A DNA stretch of 64,000 bases from an uncultured Verrucomicrobiae bacterium. GTDB taxonomy: Bacteria; Verrucomicrobiota; Verrucomicrobiia; Chthoniobacterales; UBA10450. The position numbers and the translations under genes were made by a program. Positions 43,155 through 54,479 of this stretch are shown here, piece by piece. The stretch's first letter is position 1. Every line of letters begins with the position of its first letter. Location of the stretch: assembly GCA_963756875.1 (NCBI GenBank), contig CAVWPA010000001.1, positions 668,689 through 732,688 of the forward strand. The letters run 5' to 3'. Below the pieces are notes generated by a model, which was not told the origin of the DNA, did not search any database, and saw only the letters and a program-made list of their open reading frames with translations.

Positions 43155-43791
43155 CCGGTGTGTCAAGCGGCGAGCTGTATTTATTGTGGGTCTAATGGCC
43201 GCAACGTTCCTGCTCATTCATGGCGTGAGCCACGGCGAACGAAGGAGTCCGCGGCATCCGCTCGAGCAGCTGCCTTCCACCCTCAGTGAGTGGACCGGCA
43301 AGGATTCGCCGCTCGATCCACGAGCCCTCAAGCTATTGCGTCTCGATGACTACTTGAGTCGTGTTTACAGCGATGGGAGAGGGCACCTCCTAGGACTGTA
43401 CATCGGTTTTTACGGCAGCCAGCGCACCGGCGATACGATACACTCCCCCAAGAATTGCCTGCCGGGGTCAGGTTGGGAACCGGTGCATTCGCGCCTGCTG
43501 ACGATCGAGTTGCCCGGCCAAAAGCCGGTTCAGGTGAACGAATACCTGATCGAGAAGGGTCTTGACCGTCAACTGGTTCTCTATTGGTATCACGGCCGCG
43601 GCAGGGTCATCGCAAGCGAATACTGGGGAAAGGTTTGGCTGGTCACCAATGCGATCACCCGGAACCGAACGGACGGTGCCTTGGTCCGCCTTGTTACCTC
43701 GACCGCAGATGGGGAGGCGGAAGCGCGAGCACGAGAGATAAAATTCGTGACAGAGCTGTACCCTCGCCTGAACGAGTTTATTCCCGAATAG
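43147..43791 (+). CDS. epsI: EpsI family exosortase-associated protein
   Basis: DDYLSRVY, HSPKNCLPGSGW, VLYWY, RTDGALVR. Confidence 0.9.
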   Translation: MPDRCVKRRAVFIVGLMAATFLLIHGVSHGERRSPRHPLEQLPSTLSEWTGKDSPLDPRALKLLRLDDYLSRVYSDGRGHLLGLYIGFYGSQRTGDTIHSPKNCLPGSGWEPVHSRLLTIELPGQKPVQVNEYLIEKGLDRQLVLYWYHGRGRVIASEYWGKVWLVTNAITRNRTDGALVRLVTSTADGEAEARAREIKFVTELYPRLNEFIPE

Positions 43792-44368
43792 ATCCAGGAC
43801 TCCTCTGAATAAGCACCGTCTGCCACTCTCCGTAGCGATTTGCTCGCTTTAATAACTTCTGCGAACTCCGGAACAGCGCAAGCAAAACTACCTGCAATAA
43901 GCCGAGAAGATCTAATCGGGGAGGGCCTGGAGCGGAACCCTGGTGCGACAGAGCTTGGTACAAGATTGGCTTACGTGCTCACACATTGCCCAGACACGAA
44001 CTTGGGAACGGGCCGCGCACGGCACTCACCCAGGTCGCTGAAAGACTGGCTCGACATGCTCGGGGGCCGAGTCTTCGGTTCCACCCGAAAAGCGTGCTGG
44101 ACACTCTCAACGGCTTCAACCCAATGGTTTGGTGTATAACTACATAGTTATTTTGGGGTTTTATACAAAGCGTTAATACAACTTTTGGGCCATTGTCCAA
44201 ATTCTGGAACCCACGCATCATAACTATATGCGCCGGAGGTTTACCGCTACCTTCAGGAGAGGAAGGGTGGCTGAATCCTTTCTGAAGACGATTTACGCTT
44301 GACTGGACTTTTCTGCAAATAGCAAGAAGCAGTAAATTTGACCGCTCGGTAACAACAGGAGAAAACGA

Positions 44369-44925
44369 ATGCGACGAGGCATCATGTTGGCTATTTTTTG
44401 CGAGCTGTGCTTAGTGCTTTCTCTGAGTTCTGCTTCGGCACTCGCCGACAGTACGAAGAATTTCGACGAAAACATCGGCAAGCTGTCATCCCACGACGCT
44501 GATTCCCTGTCCGGATACGCCCCATGGAAGGACATTGCTCGCAGCTTGAAGGACTCTGATTTCGATGGCGTCCTCGCGATCCATTGGGCGTCTGGCTACA
44601 CGACATTCTCAAACGGGTTTAAGCATGCGATTGGTAAGCGGCGCCAAGGTGCCTCAGGCGACGATGAAAATACCCTTCTCTTATCGGAAATTATCACGCT
44701 CGTGCCTCACACAACGGTTGTAAGAAACAAGCGCTGTTCGCGCCGGTCAGGCTTTCGTCTGACGCGCCCTCTGCCGGCCCTGGCGAAGGGTTTTCTGATC
44801 CGCCGGCTAACGACCCGGTTTCAGCGAATGCGACGCTCGCGACTCCAGAATCAGGATCGATTTTCCTGCTTGCTCTGGGTATTCTGGGTTTGAGCCCCAT
44901 GCTCTTTCGCCGCAAGATCGCTTGA
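44369..44925 (+). CDS. PEP-CTERM-like protein (frameshifted)
   Basis: Signal peptide ..ASALA; alternate frame ends ATPESGSIFLLALGILGLSPMLFRRKIA*. Confidence 0.7.
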
Positions 44926-45130
44926 GGCGATTGTCATCTGGCGAGGACGGCTTGCGTCACCTTGGTGCCTCTGCGGTCGCAGGGGCAGCAGACTGCTTTG
45001 GTCTCCGCTCAGTTCTTGCCAATGCCGCCGGTCCGAAGCTATCCAAAGTAAGCAGGCTGATGACGGAAGACGTACCCGCCGAGGTGCCGTGCCGCCATTT
45101 GCCTCGGATCCAGTGTTTATCCCCGCCCCG

Positions 45131-45615
45131 TTATTTAGGAAGCTGGTATTCGCCCTCGACATTGACGAGCATGTTGTCACCTTCAGCCTTGCCGCTGAAC
45201 GTACCTTTGCCCTTGATGCCCTTCAGCTTGCCCGTGCCGCTCGTGAAGCTCCAGGTGCCCCGCTCGCTCACCTGTTTCCCGCCGCTCCACCTTTCTGTGC
45301 TGTGGGTGCGCACCGTATACTTGTCTCCGCTGTCCAGCGTATCCGTCACATAGCCGTGGTCCCGCATGGTGTTGCCGCTGTGTTCAGAGAACATGGTGAA
45401 AGCACCACTCTGAGTTTTCGCTCCTTCGATCTCGAGCGGCTTGATCCAGGTGCATTTACCCTGCACGATATTGAAGGAATGTTGGGCGCGGTCGCCCACA
45501 TCCATCGATTGCTGCTGGTCCGGCTTGCCGCATTGCACGGTGCCCGACACTTTCGTCTGCGCTACTGCAAGACTGACCCCCAAAAGAATCAAAAACACAC
45601 CCCACCTGCTTTCAT
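45131..45615 (-). CDS. Exported beta-rich hypothetical protein
   Basis: Signal ..LAVA-QTK; GTWSFTSGTGKLKGIKGKGTF; ATG at 45615 is one base out of frame in an A run. Confidence 0.7.
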
Positions 45616-45783
45616 GTGACCCTCCTGCTTCATTGAAATTGTGAGCGTGCACCTGCAATCACAGCCGAGCCCGATTAGTCGGCGGGGAAGTATATCATCC
45701 GTTCGAGCACGGCGACAAAGGTACCCACGCGAACTCACCTGCAGGAGAGTTCACATGTCTGGTCGAAGACCTTGTCCGGCGAT

Positions 45784-46062
45784 TCAGGCTTTTTTCTGCG
45801 GAGGAATGTATCCCGGCGGGAGCGCGGCACCTTCTCCAAAGAAGTAATTCTCCATCTGCTTGGCGATGATTTCCTGCGCCTCTTTTGTGGCAGGGCTGAG
45901 GCGGTATTCATTGATGATCATCTTCATGTGCTCCACCCACATGTCCCACGCTTGCTCTGAAACATTGTCGTAGATGCGCTGGCCCAGTTCACCCGGCCAG
46001 GGCGGCTCGTCAAGACCCGGAAGTTCCCGGCCAAACTTCGCACATCACAATACGTCCGCCAT
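45784..46062 (-). CDS. yggX: Fe(II)-trafficking / oxidative damage protection protein (5' errors)
   Basis: [48 protein letters not shown]; not in ORF track because of an early TGA. Confidence 0.85.
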
Positions 46063-46243
46063 AAGAGTGCCTCCGGTCTAACCCATTGAGTCGCGAGAGC
46101 CGGATCACCGACTCGATTCATCCTGTTGCGTTTAACGCGCCGCCGCGCAGATGTGTTGAAAGGGTGAGAGCATTATATAGGAAAATCGCCGGTTGCGCTG
46201 ATGGCTTCAGGCACGTTCGAAGGAGGTAGGCCGAAATAGGTGC

Positions 46244-47382
46244 TTAGGTGCTATACCGGATTGTGGGTTGTCTTGAGGGCCTTCTGGCGCTACACCGTTG
46301 CCGTGGTCGAAGGCCAGCTGCTTCATTAGCTTTTGGTATTGCTGCCGGAATTCCTGGTGCTTTTCCATTTCCTTCGAAGTGGCTCTTCAGTTCCTGGGCC
46401 TGTCTTAGCGCTTCTTCCTTCGCCATCTGTACCTTCCGGAGTTGCTCGTTGATTTGCTGGTTCAGCTTCTGGACCTCTGCCTTCTGCAATGTGTCAATGT
46501 AGGGAACCGCGATCTGAGGCGGTTCAGGCTCGACTCCGGAAGCAGACGCGTCTGCACTGTCGTGCGAGTTCGATGGCCGCTGAGGCTCGAGTTGCACTGT
46601 TGCCGTCTCTTCGTGATGGTTGCGGACGATGCCCAGGACATGCGTCTGCTTCTCGCCGGATTTTTCCGGGAATCTGTCATTAAGGGAATTTTGCAACGCC
46701 CAAACCCGAATCCACTTCCTTATCATCAATCTTGACGATGCAGTCACCGGCCTTCAGACCGGCTTTCTCCCCGGGGCTGCCGCCCCTTACTTCGAGCACA
46801 AGCACGCCTTTCCCTTGCCTCACGCCGAAATACTCGGCGAGCTGCGGCGTCAGCTTCTGGGCGGAGATGCCCAGGCGTGCGCGCCTGGAGAAATTCAAAT
46901 TGAATGCAGGGATCCTGATCTCCGGTATCGCGACCTCGGGCATGTGCATGCTTTCAGGCATACCGTGCTGAGGCTCCAGAGCGATCGTCAGAGTTCGCGG
47001 CTGTCCGTCTCGGGTCAATTTGATCTTCACAGTCCGGCCGGTGGGAGTCTCACCAATCGGCGCAGCTCAGCCACGCTACGGACACGCTCGCCGTCGAACT
47101 CGACAATCACATCGTTTTTCTGGATACCAGCCTTCGCGGCCGGGCTGTCGGGCCTAACCTCGTTCACCACCGCGCCGTAGTCGCCGGAGAGCTTCCATTC
47201 GCGGGCTTTATCCGCAGTCACGTCGCTACGCTCACGCCCATCCAGGCCTGGTTTCCGAATCGCTCCATCATCATCATGCCGGCGGTTGGGTCATGGCGCT
47301 CGGTGTTCTGCGCCGGGAGCACGGAAGTCACCAGGAATAAGCCGATGACCAGTACAGTTACGTTGCAAATTTTGCGTATCAT
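46244..47382 (-). CDS. Exported double-PDZ protein (frameshifted)
   Basis: AWMGVS, VRPDSPAAKAGIQKNDVIVEFDG, RLGISAQKLTPQLAEYFGV, AGLKAGDCIVKID. Confidence 0.8.
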
Positions 47383-47549
47383 GATCTTTGCCCTCAAAAA
47401 CTGGAACAACAGTTCACTGCTTCAAGAACAGTGATATTGCCAGCGTTGCGCCGGACTACTCGAGTCTCGACGCCCAACAGCTGGAGTGCGCCAGCCCCAA
47501 ACAGGACGTGCTTGTTGGTGCCCCGGATTCCATTTGAAGCCGTCGCCAC

Positions 47550-49009
47550 CTATTCAGTTTCGATCCCCGACTTCCCGCGCCATGGGTTTCCGCAGCCGCT
47601 CCTGCTGCACAGTTCTCTCTGCTGCCTCTCGATCCGTATCTGCCGCGCGTGTTGCAGGTTATGCAGGTTCTGTTGCAATAGATTTCCCTCGAGAGCTTGC
47701 CACCTGCTCCAGTACATCTCCTGGCGCCGTCTCAGCTCACTCAGGATCGGGGAGTCCAGCTTGCGGATCTCGATATTGCCCATCAGGGTGTGGATCACGA
47801 GCCTCTTACCGCCGCCGTTCAAGGCGCCTTCACCGTGCACGGCACCCATACCGAAATCCTGATCATTTCCGCCCTGCACCAATAGTGGAAAATCCGACAA
47901 GATCTTCTGCCCGGCTACTTCGTCAATGACCGCTTCGAGGCTCAGGGGGAGATCGGCGGGGACGAAGACCTCGACATCGCCCACCGAAGTCTCAAGACGC
48001 GAAGTGGCGAACGTCTGCTTGCTGGCATTGATCTCCGCCAGGATAGTTCCGGCGCCGCTGATAGCGTGAACGGAGCTCTGCGGACCCGGAACAAGTCGAT
48101 ACTGCCGCCGCCCGTCTGCGCCCTCACCATTCCCCGTGCGCTTTGCAATCGAATGTTGCCGCCTTCGGTTTCCGCATGGACAGTCGACCCGCAGTCCCCG
48201 ATCTGGATTTGGCCGCCCCCCGTTTCCGCGTTCAGGGGGCCCGCGGCACCGCGCAGGACTATGTCGCCGCCGCCACTGCGGGCATCAGTTGCGCCGTCGA
48301 TCGGTCCCGCTACAATTTCTCCGCCGCCGGTGGCGAGCACGGCATTCCCTCTGACGTTGCCCACCCGGACGCTGCCGCCCTGGGTGCTGGCCTCGAGCCT
48401 CTGGCCGACATTACCCAAGGTGATGTTGCCGATCGCGGTCTCGACTTTCACCGGTCCAGCCACATCTCCCGTACGGATATCGCCGCCTCCTGTGGAAACC
48501 CGGAGCTGTCCATCCAGGCGATCCACGCTGACGTCGCCTGCCTGGGTTTCGAGGTCCAGGTTGAATCGCAAAGGAACGACGATGTCAAATTCAGCCCTGA
48601 GCTCTGGCTTGTGCCATTCGCCGCGCGGCGACTTGCCGGAAACATTCACGACGCCTTCACGCGAGCTGCGGTTTAGCTCGAAACTCCTGAGGTACCCCTT
48701 GGCCTGCTGCGGATCTTCTGCATAAGCTGCCAGCCGAACCTGGCAAGCCAGGCGATTGCTGTGCCCCGCCCGCACGGTGATGAAGCCGAAATCAGTGTGC
48801 AAGACCAGGCGATCTCCATCCCGCACGGGCAGGCTGCAATCGGCGTGCTCCACCCAGGCGCGCCCTTCACGGCTGGGTGCTCTCCACTTCACACGACCCT
48901 GTTCCGAAGCCGCAAGTCTGCCCGTTCCGCCCCCAGCGAACGCGATCAGTGCAAGCAGCACGATCATCAGATTTCGGCCTCTTTGCCGGAATGAATTCAC
49001 GAAAGACAC
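47550..49009 (-). CDS. DUF4097-like beta-strand repeat protein (frameshifted)
   Basis: Repeated T(G/Q)GG(D/S/N)I units; IHTLMGNIEIRK. Confidence 0.8.
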
Positions 49010-49048
49010 CGATTCAACGTCTGATCTGCGGCGGCGCTCTGCATTTGC

Positions 49049-50016
49049 TTACCGCCGATCGGCTGCCAGCTCATGGATGGCTTCAGCGCACTTGACGCGA
49101 ATATACGGATTGGAATTCCGGGTCGCCAGCGAACGCAGCGCCGGCAGCAAGGCCGCATCCTTCTCCCGTACCGCGCGATTCACAAGCGTATCCATGGCGG
49201 CGAAGCGCACGCCGGGATTCTTGTCACGCTCGGCTGCGGCCAGCAACGCCTGATGCACATCGTTGCCCCAATCCATGGTTTGGATCGTCTTGAGCGCGTC
49301 AAGGCGGTCCCCGGCATTCGGATCCTTGCGCATCGCATAGATCAAGGCTTCACGCACGGCCGGGTGGTCGCTCTTGCTCCGCAAGGCGTCCAAGGCGTCG
49401 CGGCGAATCCCGCGTTCTCGTACCCTTTAACCGTGTTTACCAGCAGTTCGCGGATGCGCGGGTCATCGAGCGAACCCTCCAGGGTCATGCGACGCTCGGC
49501 GTTCACGGTGATGCGCACATCACCCGTCTTGGGATCGGGAGTCACCTGGTTGATACTCTTTACGTTGAGGTTTGTAAGGTCGGGCCCGAGGATCGAGGAG
49601 ATGGCCGGTTTGTCTGCCGGGATAAGCGCGGGAGAGCGGGACCGCAGATTCCAGCCCAAGCTGAAAGCGAAGACGCTCAGGGCGGAGGCAGTAAGAATCG
49701 CGGATCTCGATATCCGATTCGGGATACTTCCAGCAGCCGGCAACCAGCTTCGAAACAGGGATCTCCAGCCAGTCTGCTCGCGGCCCAACGCCTCCTCGAG
49801 CGCCTGCCGGCAATGGACCACCATATCGGGCGTGAATTCGATCCCGGCGCGCTGATCGAGCAATTGCTGCAGGCGCCGCGAGTCTTCCAGCAGACGGCGG
49901 CAAGGTTCGCATTCCGCCCGATGAGCGTCGTAGGCCGCACGCTCTTCGGCGGGAAGTTCGTCATACAGGTAGGCTGGAAGAGTTTCTTCAAAAAGCTGGC
50001 ACGTCATCGTTTCATT
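49049..50016 (-). CDS. Zinc-finger anti-sigma factor with HEAT repeats (frameshifted)
   Basis: C..YLYDEL..HRAECEPC (HxxxCxxC), TM, DPNAGDRLDAL / DKNPGVRFAAM. Confidence 0.82.
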
Positions 50017-50040
50017 CACTCGCGTTTACGGAATCAACGG

Positions 50041-50664
50041 TCAAACCAGGTCCGCAAGCGCCTCACGAAGTTTCCGTGTAGCACGGAACAGGCAATTCTT
50101 CGCCGTCTCCTCGCTCGTCCCGCACAGTTCGCCGATGGCACGGAGTCTGAGCCCCTGGTAATGCTTGAGTTCGAAGATCATCTTTTCCCGTGGGTTCAAG
50201 CGCTGCAAAGCCAAGTCGATCCGGCGCTGGATCTCACGGGCCTCAAGGGCACGCTCCGGATTGAGGCTTTCATCCGGCAGATTGTGAAAATACTCGGTGT
50301 CGCCTTCTTCAGTTTCGGGCGCCTGGACTTCGTTCCTGCTCTTCTGGCGCCGGAGGTGATCGAGACACACGTTCATCACCACGCGATAGAGCCAGGTGGA
50401 GAAGCGGCAATCAGACCGGAAGTGCCCGAGCGACCTGTAGACCTTGAGGAAAGCCTCCTGATAGAGGTCCCGGGCCTCTTCCGGTGAATGCACCACCCTC
50501 AGAGCCAGGCGCAGCACCTCGTGATCATAGAGGCGCACTAAGGCGTCGAAAGCGGCGCGGTCGCCGCGTTGAGCCCGCTGAATGAGTTCGCGCTCATCCG
50601 CTTCGAGCAACCGCGAGCCCTGGGCCGGAATTTTGCCAGCCACCTCCAAACAGGCGCCATCCAT
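50041..50664 (-). CDS. ECF RNA polymerase sigma-70 factor (start uncertain)
   Basis: GDRAAFDALV, DLYQEAFLKVY, FSTWLYRV..N.CLD, region 4 EETAKNCLFRA. Confidence 0.92.
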   Translation of the reverse strand: MDGACLEVAGKIPAQGSRLLEADERELIQRAQRGDRAAFDALVRLYDHEVLRLALRVVHSPEEARDLYQEAFLKVYRSLGHFRSDCRFSTWLYRVVMNVCLDHLRRQKSRNEVQAPETEEGDTEYFHNLPDESLNPERALEAREIQRRIDLALQRLNPREKMIFELKHYQGLRLRAIGELCGTSEETAKNCLFRATRKLREALADLV

Positions 50665-50813
50665 CGGGAAGTGCACTCTCGTTGCGTGTCTCCTAACGTT
50701 TAGACGCATTCTGTAAGCAGAAGGTAAGCGAGCAAGGAAGGCAAATCATGACGGGCCGGAAACTCATGCCCTTTGCGAATCGGGTAAGGGCAGCAAAAGC
50801 ATATTCAGGAATA

Positions 50814-53102
50814 TCAATCCTTTGACTTCAGTACGTCCGCCAGAAGTGATCGGACGCCGGCATCGTCGGGGCGGAGGCGAAGGTATTCCCGGTAATTGGC
50901 GATGGCCTCGTTGAGGTCTCCTTTTTGACGCAAGCTTTCAGCCAGCTTAAGCCGGGCCTCGGGGTAATCGGGACGATCGCGCAAGGCCTCGCGAAACTCA
51001 TCGATCGCCTCGTCGGACTTTTGTTCCATCGCCCGCGCCTCTCCCAGCGCGAAGTGCGCCTGCGGCAGGTTAGGGGACGATTGCAGGACCGCCTTGGCCT
51101 CCCTGGCCGCACCCTCCGCGTCGTGCAAATGGATCAAGGCTTCAGCCAAGTTCAGGTGGAATTCCGGCGTGGCGGGCTTCAGGCTGAGCGCTTGGCGAAA
51201 TGCAGCGGCGGCATTCACCCAGTCGCCTTCCTTCGCAAGGGCGATTCCGAGGTGGTCTTCCGTATCCGCATCGTTGGCGTGGTGCGCTAAGGCTGCGCGA
51301 TACGCGTCGGCCGCGCCTTTGAAGTCGCCGCGCTGAGCAAGCATATCGCCCAATTGCCGCTGAAATTCGGCATTGTCGGAGGAGCTTCGCAGCGCCTCAC
51401 GCTGCTCGGCCAACGCACCATCCAAATCACCGCTCTCGCGCAGAACAGCGGCTAGGCGTTCGCGGAGGTTTGCGTCGCCCGGATGGAGGCGCAGTGCATC
51501 CCGGTAAGTCGGAATAGCAAGCTCATAATTCTTGCGTCCGGCCAGCAGATCGGCCAACGCAACCAGCGCCTCCGGATAATCGCTCCGCAATCTAACCGCC
51601 TGCTCAAGCTCGGGTTCGGCTTCTTGCGGCTCTCCGCCGGCTCTCAGCGCCATGGCCAGACGGTAATGGAGTTCAGGACTCTCCGGCCGCAGCTTGAGAG
51701 CGATGCGGTATTCGGCCACGGCGTATTTCACGTGACCTCCGCCTTGGTAGGCATTGGCCAGGTGTAAATGCGCGTCCGGGTCATCAGGGCGCAGCCGCAC
51801 TTCCTCGCTATACTCCGCGATGAAGCCCGGAATATCGCCCGACGCCTCGAGGGACTCACCCAGATTGCGGTGATAGTCGGGATTGTCCGGCACAAGAGCG
51901 GTCGCTTCCCTGAGTTCTGGAATCGCTTGCACCAGGTCTCCCGTTTTGCGCAGCACCAGCCCCAAGCCTTCGTGCAGGTCGGGATCGTCAGGCTTCAACC
52001 GCAACGCCTCCCGGTATTCCGCGATCGCGGCGGGGTGATTGCCGGAGGAGAGATAAGTCCTGGCGAGTTCCGTATGAGCCATGAGAATATCCGGCTGATG
52101 GTGAATGATCCCGCGAAACTCCTGTATCGCTCCCGCGTAATCCCCGGCCTCGCGCAGCGCCAGAGCGAGCCCGACGCGGTAATCCGTCTGCTCAGGACGA
52201 AGCTGGACAGCCTGCCGGTACTCCTGAATGGCGTGGATGAGATCGTTGCTGGCGCGCAGCGCATTCGCGAGGCTCCAATGAAGATCGGGATCGGCGGGGC
52301 GCAAGCGGCTGGCGGCTTGGTACTCGGCCAGACCCGCGTCAATGTCGCCGCCCTGGGTGAGAGCGGAACCGAGGCCGGCGTGCGCGTCGGCACTGCCGGG
52401 ATCGAGCTTAATGGCGGTGTGAAACTCCTCGACGGCTTTGGAAAGCTCTCCGGCCTGCTGCATCGAGTTAGCGAATGCGATGCGAACTTCCGCGTCGCGC
52501 GGCGCAAGCGTAAGGGCACGATTGTACTCCTGGCTGGCTTGCGCGAACTGACGAGCCGCGACCAGCGCGTTTCCCAGAGCCAAATGAGCGCGGGCGCTCG
52601 AAGCTTGAAGCCGGACCTCGGCCCGATATTCGTCGATCGCCTCCGTAAGCTGTCCCTGCGATTCGTACAGCGCGCCAAGGTTCATGTGTACGCCGGGCAG
52701 CGTGGGCTTCAACTTAAGCGCTGTACGATATTCACGGATTGCTTGAGGCGCGTCCTGCTCGCCCGTGTAAACCGCAGCGAGGCCGTAGTGCGCTTCCGCA
52801 TAATCCGGCCTGGCGGCGAGGACCTTCTTGTATGCGGTCTTAGCCTCCTCCAATTTTTCCTCGCGCAGGAGTTCGTTCGCCCGCTTAAGTAGCTGTTGCG
52901 GGGTCGTGGCGTCCTCTTGTGGCCCTGAGGACGCTTGCGAACTGGGTAGGGCCGCCGGGCAGGGAAGGGCCAGCAGAGCGGTAAGAACAGCGGTTATCAG
53001 ACCTACGCGCGCAGCCAGCAGGCAGCATGATTTCGGTCTTACATCGTTCGCTGGCATCGCCTTTAGCATACACCTATCCGTATCGATGAAACAGAGCGGC
53101 AT
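50814..53102 (-). CDS. Exported TPR repeat protein (start probably downstream)
   Basis: Many 34-aa TPR units (AHxxLGxAL...A++EYRxA+xLxP). Confidence 0.9.
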   Translation of the reverse strand: MPLCFIDTDRCMLKAMPANDVRPKSCCLLAARVGLITAVLTALLALPCPAALPSSQASSGPQEDATTPQQLLKRANELLREEKLEEAKTAYKKVLAARPDYAEAHYGLAAVYTGEQDAPQAIREYRTALKLKPTLPGVHMNLGALYESQGQLTEAIDEYRAEVRLQASSARAHLALGNALVAARQFAQASQEYNRALTLAPRDAEVRIAFANSMQQAGELSKAVEEFHTAIKLDPGSADAHAGLGSALTQGGDIDAGLAEYQAASRLRPADPDLHWSLANALRASNDLIHAIQEYRQAVQLRPEQTDYRVGLALALREAGDYAGAIQEFRGIIHHQPDILMAHTELARTYLSSGNHPAAIAEYREALRLKPDDPDLHEGLGLVLRKTGDLVQAIPELREATALVPDNPDYHRNLGESLEASGDIPGFIAEYSEEVRLRPDDPDAHLHLANAYQGGGHVKYAVAEYRIALKLRPESPELHYRLAMALRAGGEPQEAEPELEQAVRLRSDYPEALVALADLLAGRKNYELAIPTYRDALRLHPGDANLRERLAAVLRESGDLDGALAEQREALRSSSDNAEFQRQLGDMLAQRGDFKGAADAYRAALAHHANDADTEDHLGIALAKEGDWVNAAAAFRQALSLKPATPEFHLNLAEALIHLHDAEGAAREAKAVLQSSPNLPQAHFALGEARAMEQKSDEAIDEFREALRDRPDYPEARLKLAESLRQKGDLNEAIANYREYLRLRPDDAGVRSLLADVLKSKD

Positions 53103-53343
53103 CGGGTTGGCGAATTCTTGTCACTCGACACTTCGGAAGCATGGCCGCGAGCCACGTTGACTCTCGTTTGGCGGCTCAAAAAGACCTGACGCGGCGGTAT
53201 CGCTAAGGGGATTTTCACATTTCAAACACATCTCTGATGTAACCGCGATTGCGAGGGACCGTGTTTCCTGCAAGCCACCGCCGAAGACTATGTTAATTTA
53301 ATAATTGAGGCCCGCGCCCGGGCGGTATCAGGAGAACTGGATC

Positions 53344-53886
53344 ATGACCCTGCGAGCAATCTGGCTGGCTGCGATTCCGATTTGCTTGGCGGCGAGTTTT
53401 GTGGCGGCCCCAGTGCCGACGCAGGTAGTTCAAGCCCGAACCCTCCTGGCCGCCGACAGCGCACACGCGGGCGCAAGGATCAAGGCTGCTATCAAGGCTC
53501 AAATCGCTTCAGGCTATCACATCAACGATCACCATCCGACTCTGGAATACCTGATTCCTACGCAAGTGAAGCTCAATTCCAGCAAGCAGATCAGTGTGGA
53601 CAAAGTGATCTACCCCAAGGGTGAGCCCATAAAATTTGCTTTTGCCGACCAGCCTTTATCCGTCTACCAGGGGACGCTGCTGGTGGGAGTGTTGCTCAGA
53701 GTGGCGCCGGGTGTTCCCGCGGGAAACTACGAACTTGAAGGCAAGCTCGCTTATCAGGCCTGCAACGAAAACGCCTGTCTGCCACCTGCAAGTGCTCCCC
53801 TGGCGCTCACCGTGAAAGTGGTGGACCGCGGCGTGCCCTCCAAGCCGGTCAACACCGATGTATTTAGCCGAATCGGCATCCAGTGA
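53344..53886 (+). CDS. DsbD N-terminal domain protein
   Basis: Signal; IASGYHIN, YPKG, YQACNENACLPP. Confidence 0.85.
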   Translation: MTLRAIWLAAIPICLAASFVAAPVPTQVVQARTLLAADSAHAGARIKAAIKAQIASGYHINDHHPTLEYLIPTQVKLNSSKQISVDKVIYPKGEPIKFAFADQPLSVYQGTLLVGVLLRVAPGVPAGNYELEGKLAYQACNENACLPPASAPLALTVKVVDRGVPSKPVNTDVFSRIGIQ

Positions 53887-54331
53887 GCGCAACACGGCGT
53901 CTGCGGACGCACCTGAAACCGGTGCGCGCCGTCATGATCGAAGCTCTTGGGTCGTGATTGCAGCGACCCTTAGCCTGCTGGGTGCTTTGGTCTGGGGTTT
54001 GAATCCGCATCAACCGAGGCTATCGCCTGCGCCGCTCAAGCCTGCGGCTCCAGGTTGCGAGAAGATGGTCCACGAATTTCTGCCCAGCAACATTACCGAG
54101 TTACCCCGGTGGGCTACGGCTGCGCGGCGCCAATCGCCCAGGGACGCGGCCAACGCGGCGGCCTTTCGGGCCCTCTCGGATCGTCAAAGGGAAAAGGCGC
54201 TCTTGCGTCTGAACATCGAAGCTTGCACCTGTGGGTGCAACCTGAGTATTGCGTCGTGCACCGTGAACGAGCCCGCTTGTGATTTCTCGAAGCAGCTAGC
54301 GCGGAAGGTAGTCGAGCCATCGAAACATTGA
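53858..54331 (+). CDS. Membrane-anchored hypothetical protein with CxCGC-x6-C-x6-C motif
   Basis: LNIEACTCGCNLSIASCTVNEPACDFS. Confidence 0.65.
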   Translation: MYLAESASSERNTASADAPETGARRHDRSSWVVIAATLSLLGALVWGLNPHQPRLSPAPLKPAAPGCEKMVHEFLPSNITELPRWATAARRQSPRDAANAAAFRALSDRQREKALLRLNIEACTCGCNLSIASCTVNEPACDFSKQLARKVVEPSKH

Positions 54332-54479
54332 ATCGCCTTCTCCGAGATGCAACCTGAGGCAGCCTATTCTGCCGCAAGTTCCCGCTCCCTTGATACTGCC
54401 AGCGTGAACAGCGGTGCCTGTAGCCAAGCCGCGGCGGCTGCTGTGGGCCTTCTCATTCCTGGCCGGGCGTCAAACTGAA

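Noticed and set aside
16526..43791. Two exosortase systems cooperating in one locus
   Set aside because: They lie on opposite sides of the probable chimeric junction at ~31.36 kb.
46045..46047. In-frame TGA beside Cys in yggX as selenocysteine
   Set aside because: An alternative frame gives the family-like RIVMC, so two compensating indels explain it; no SECIS was recognised.
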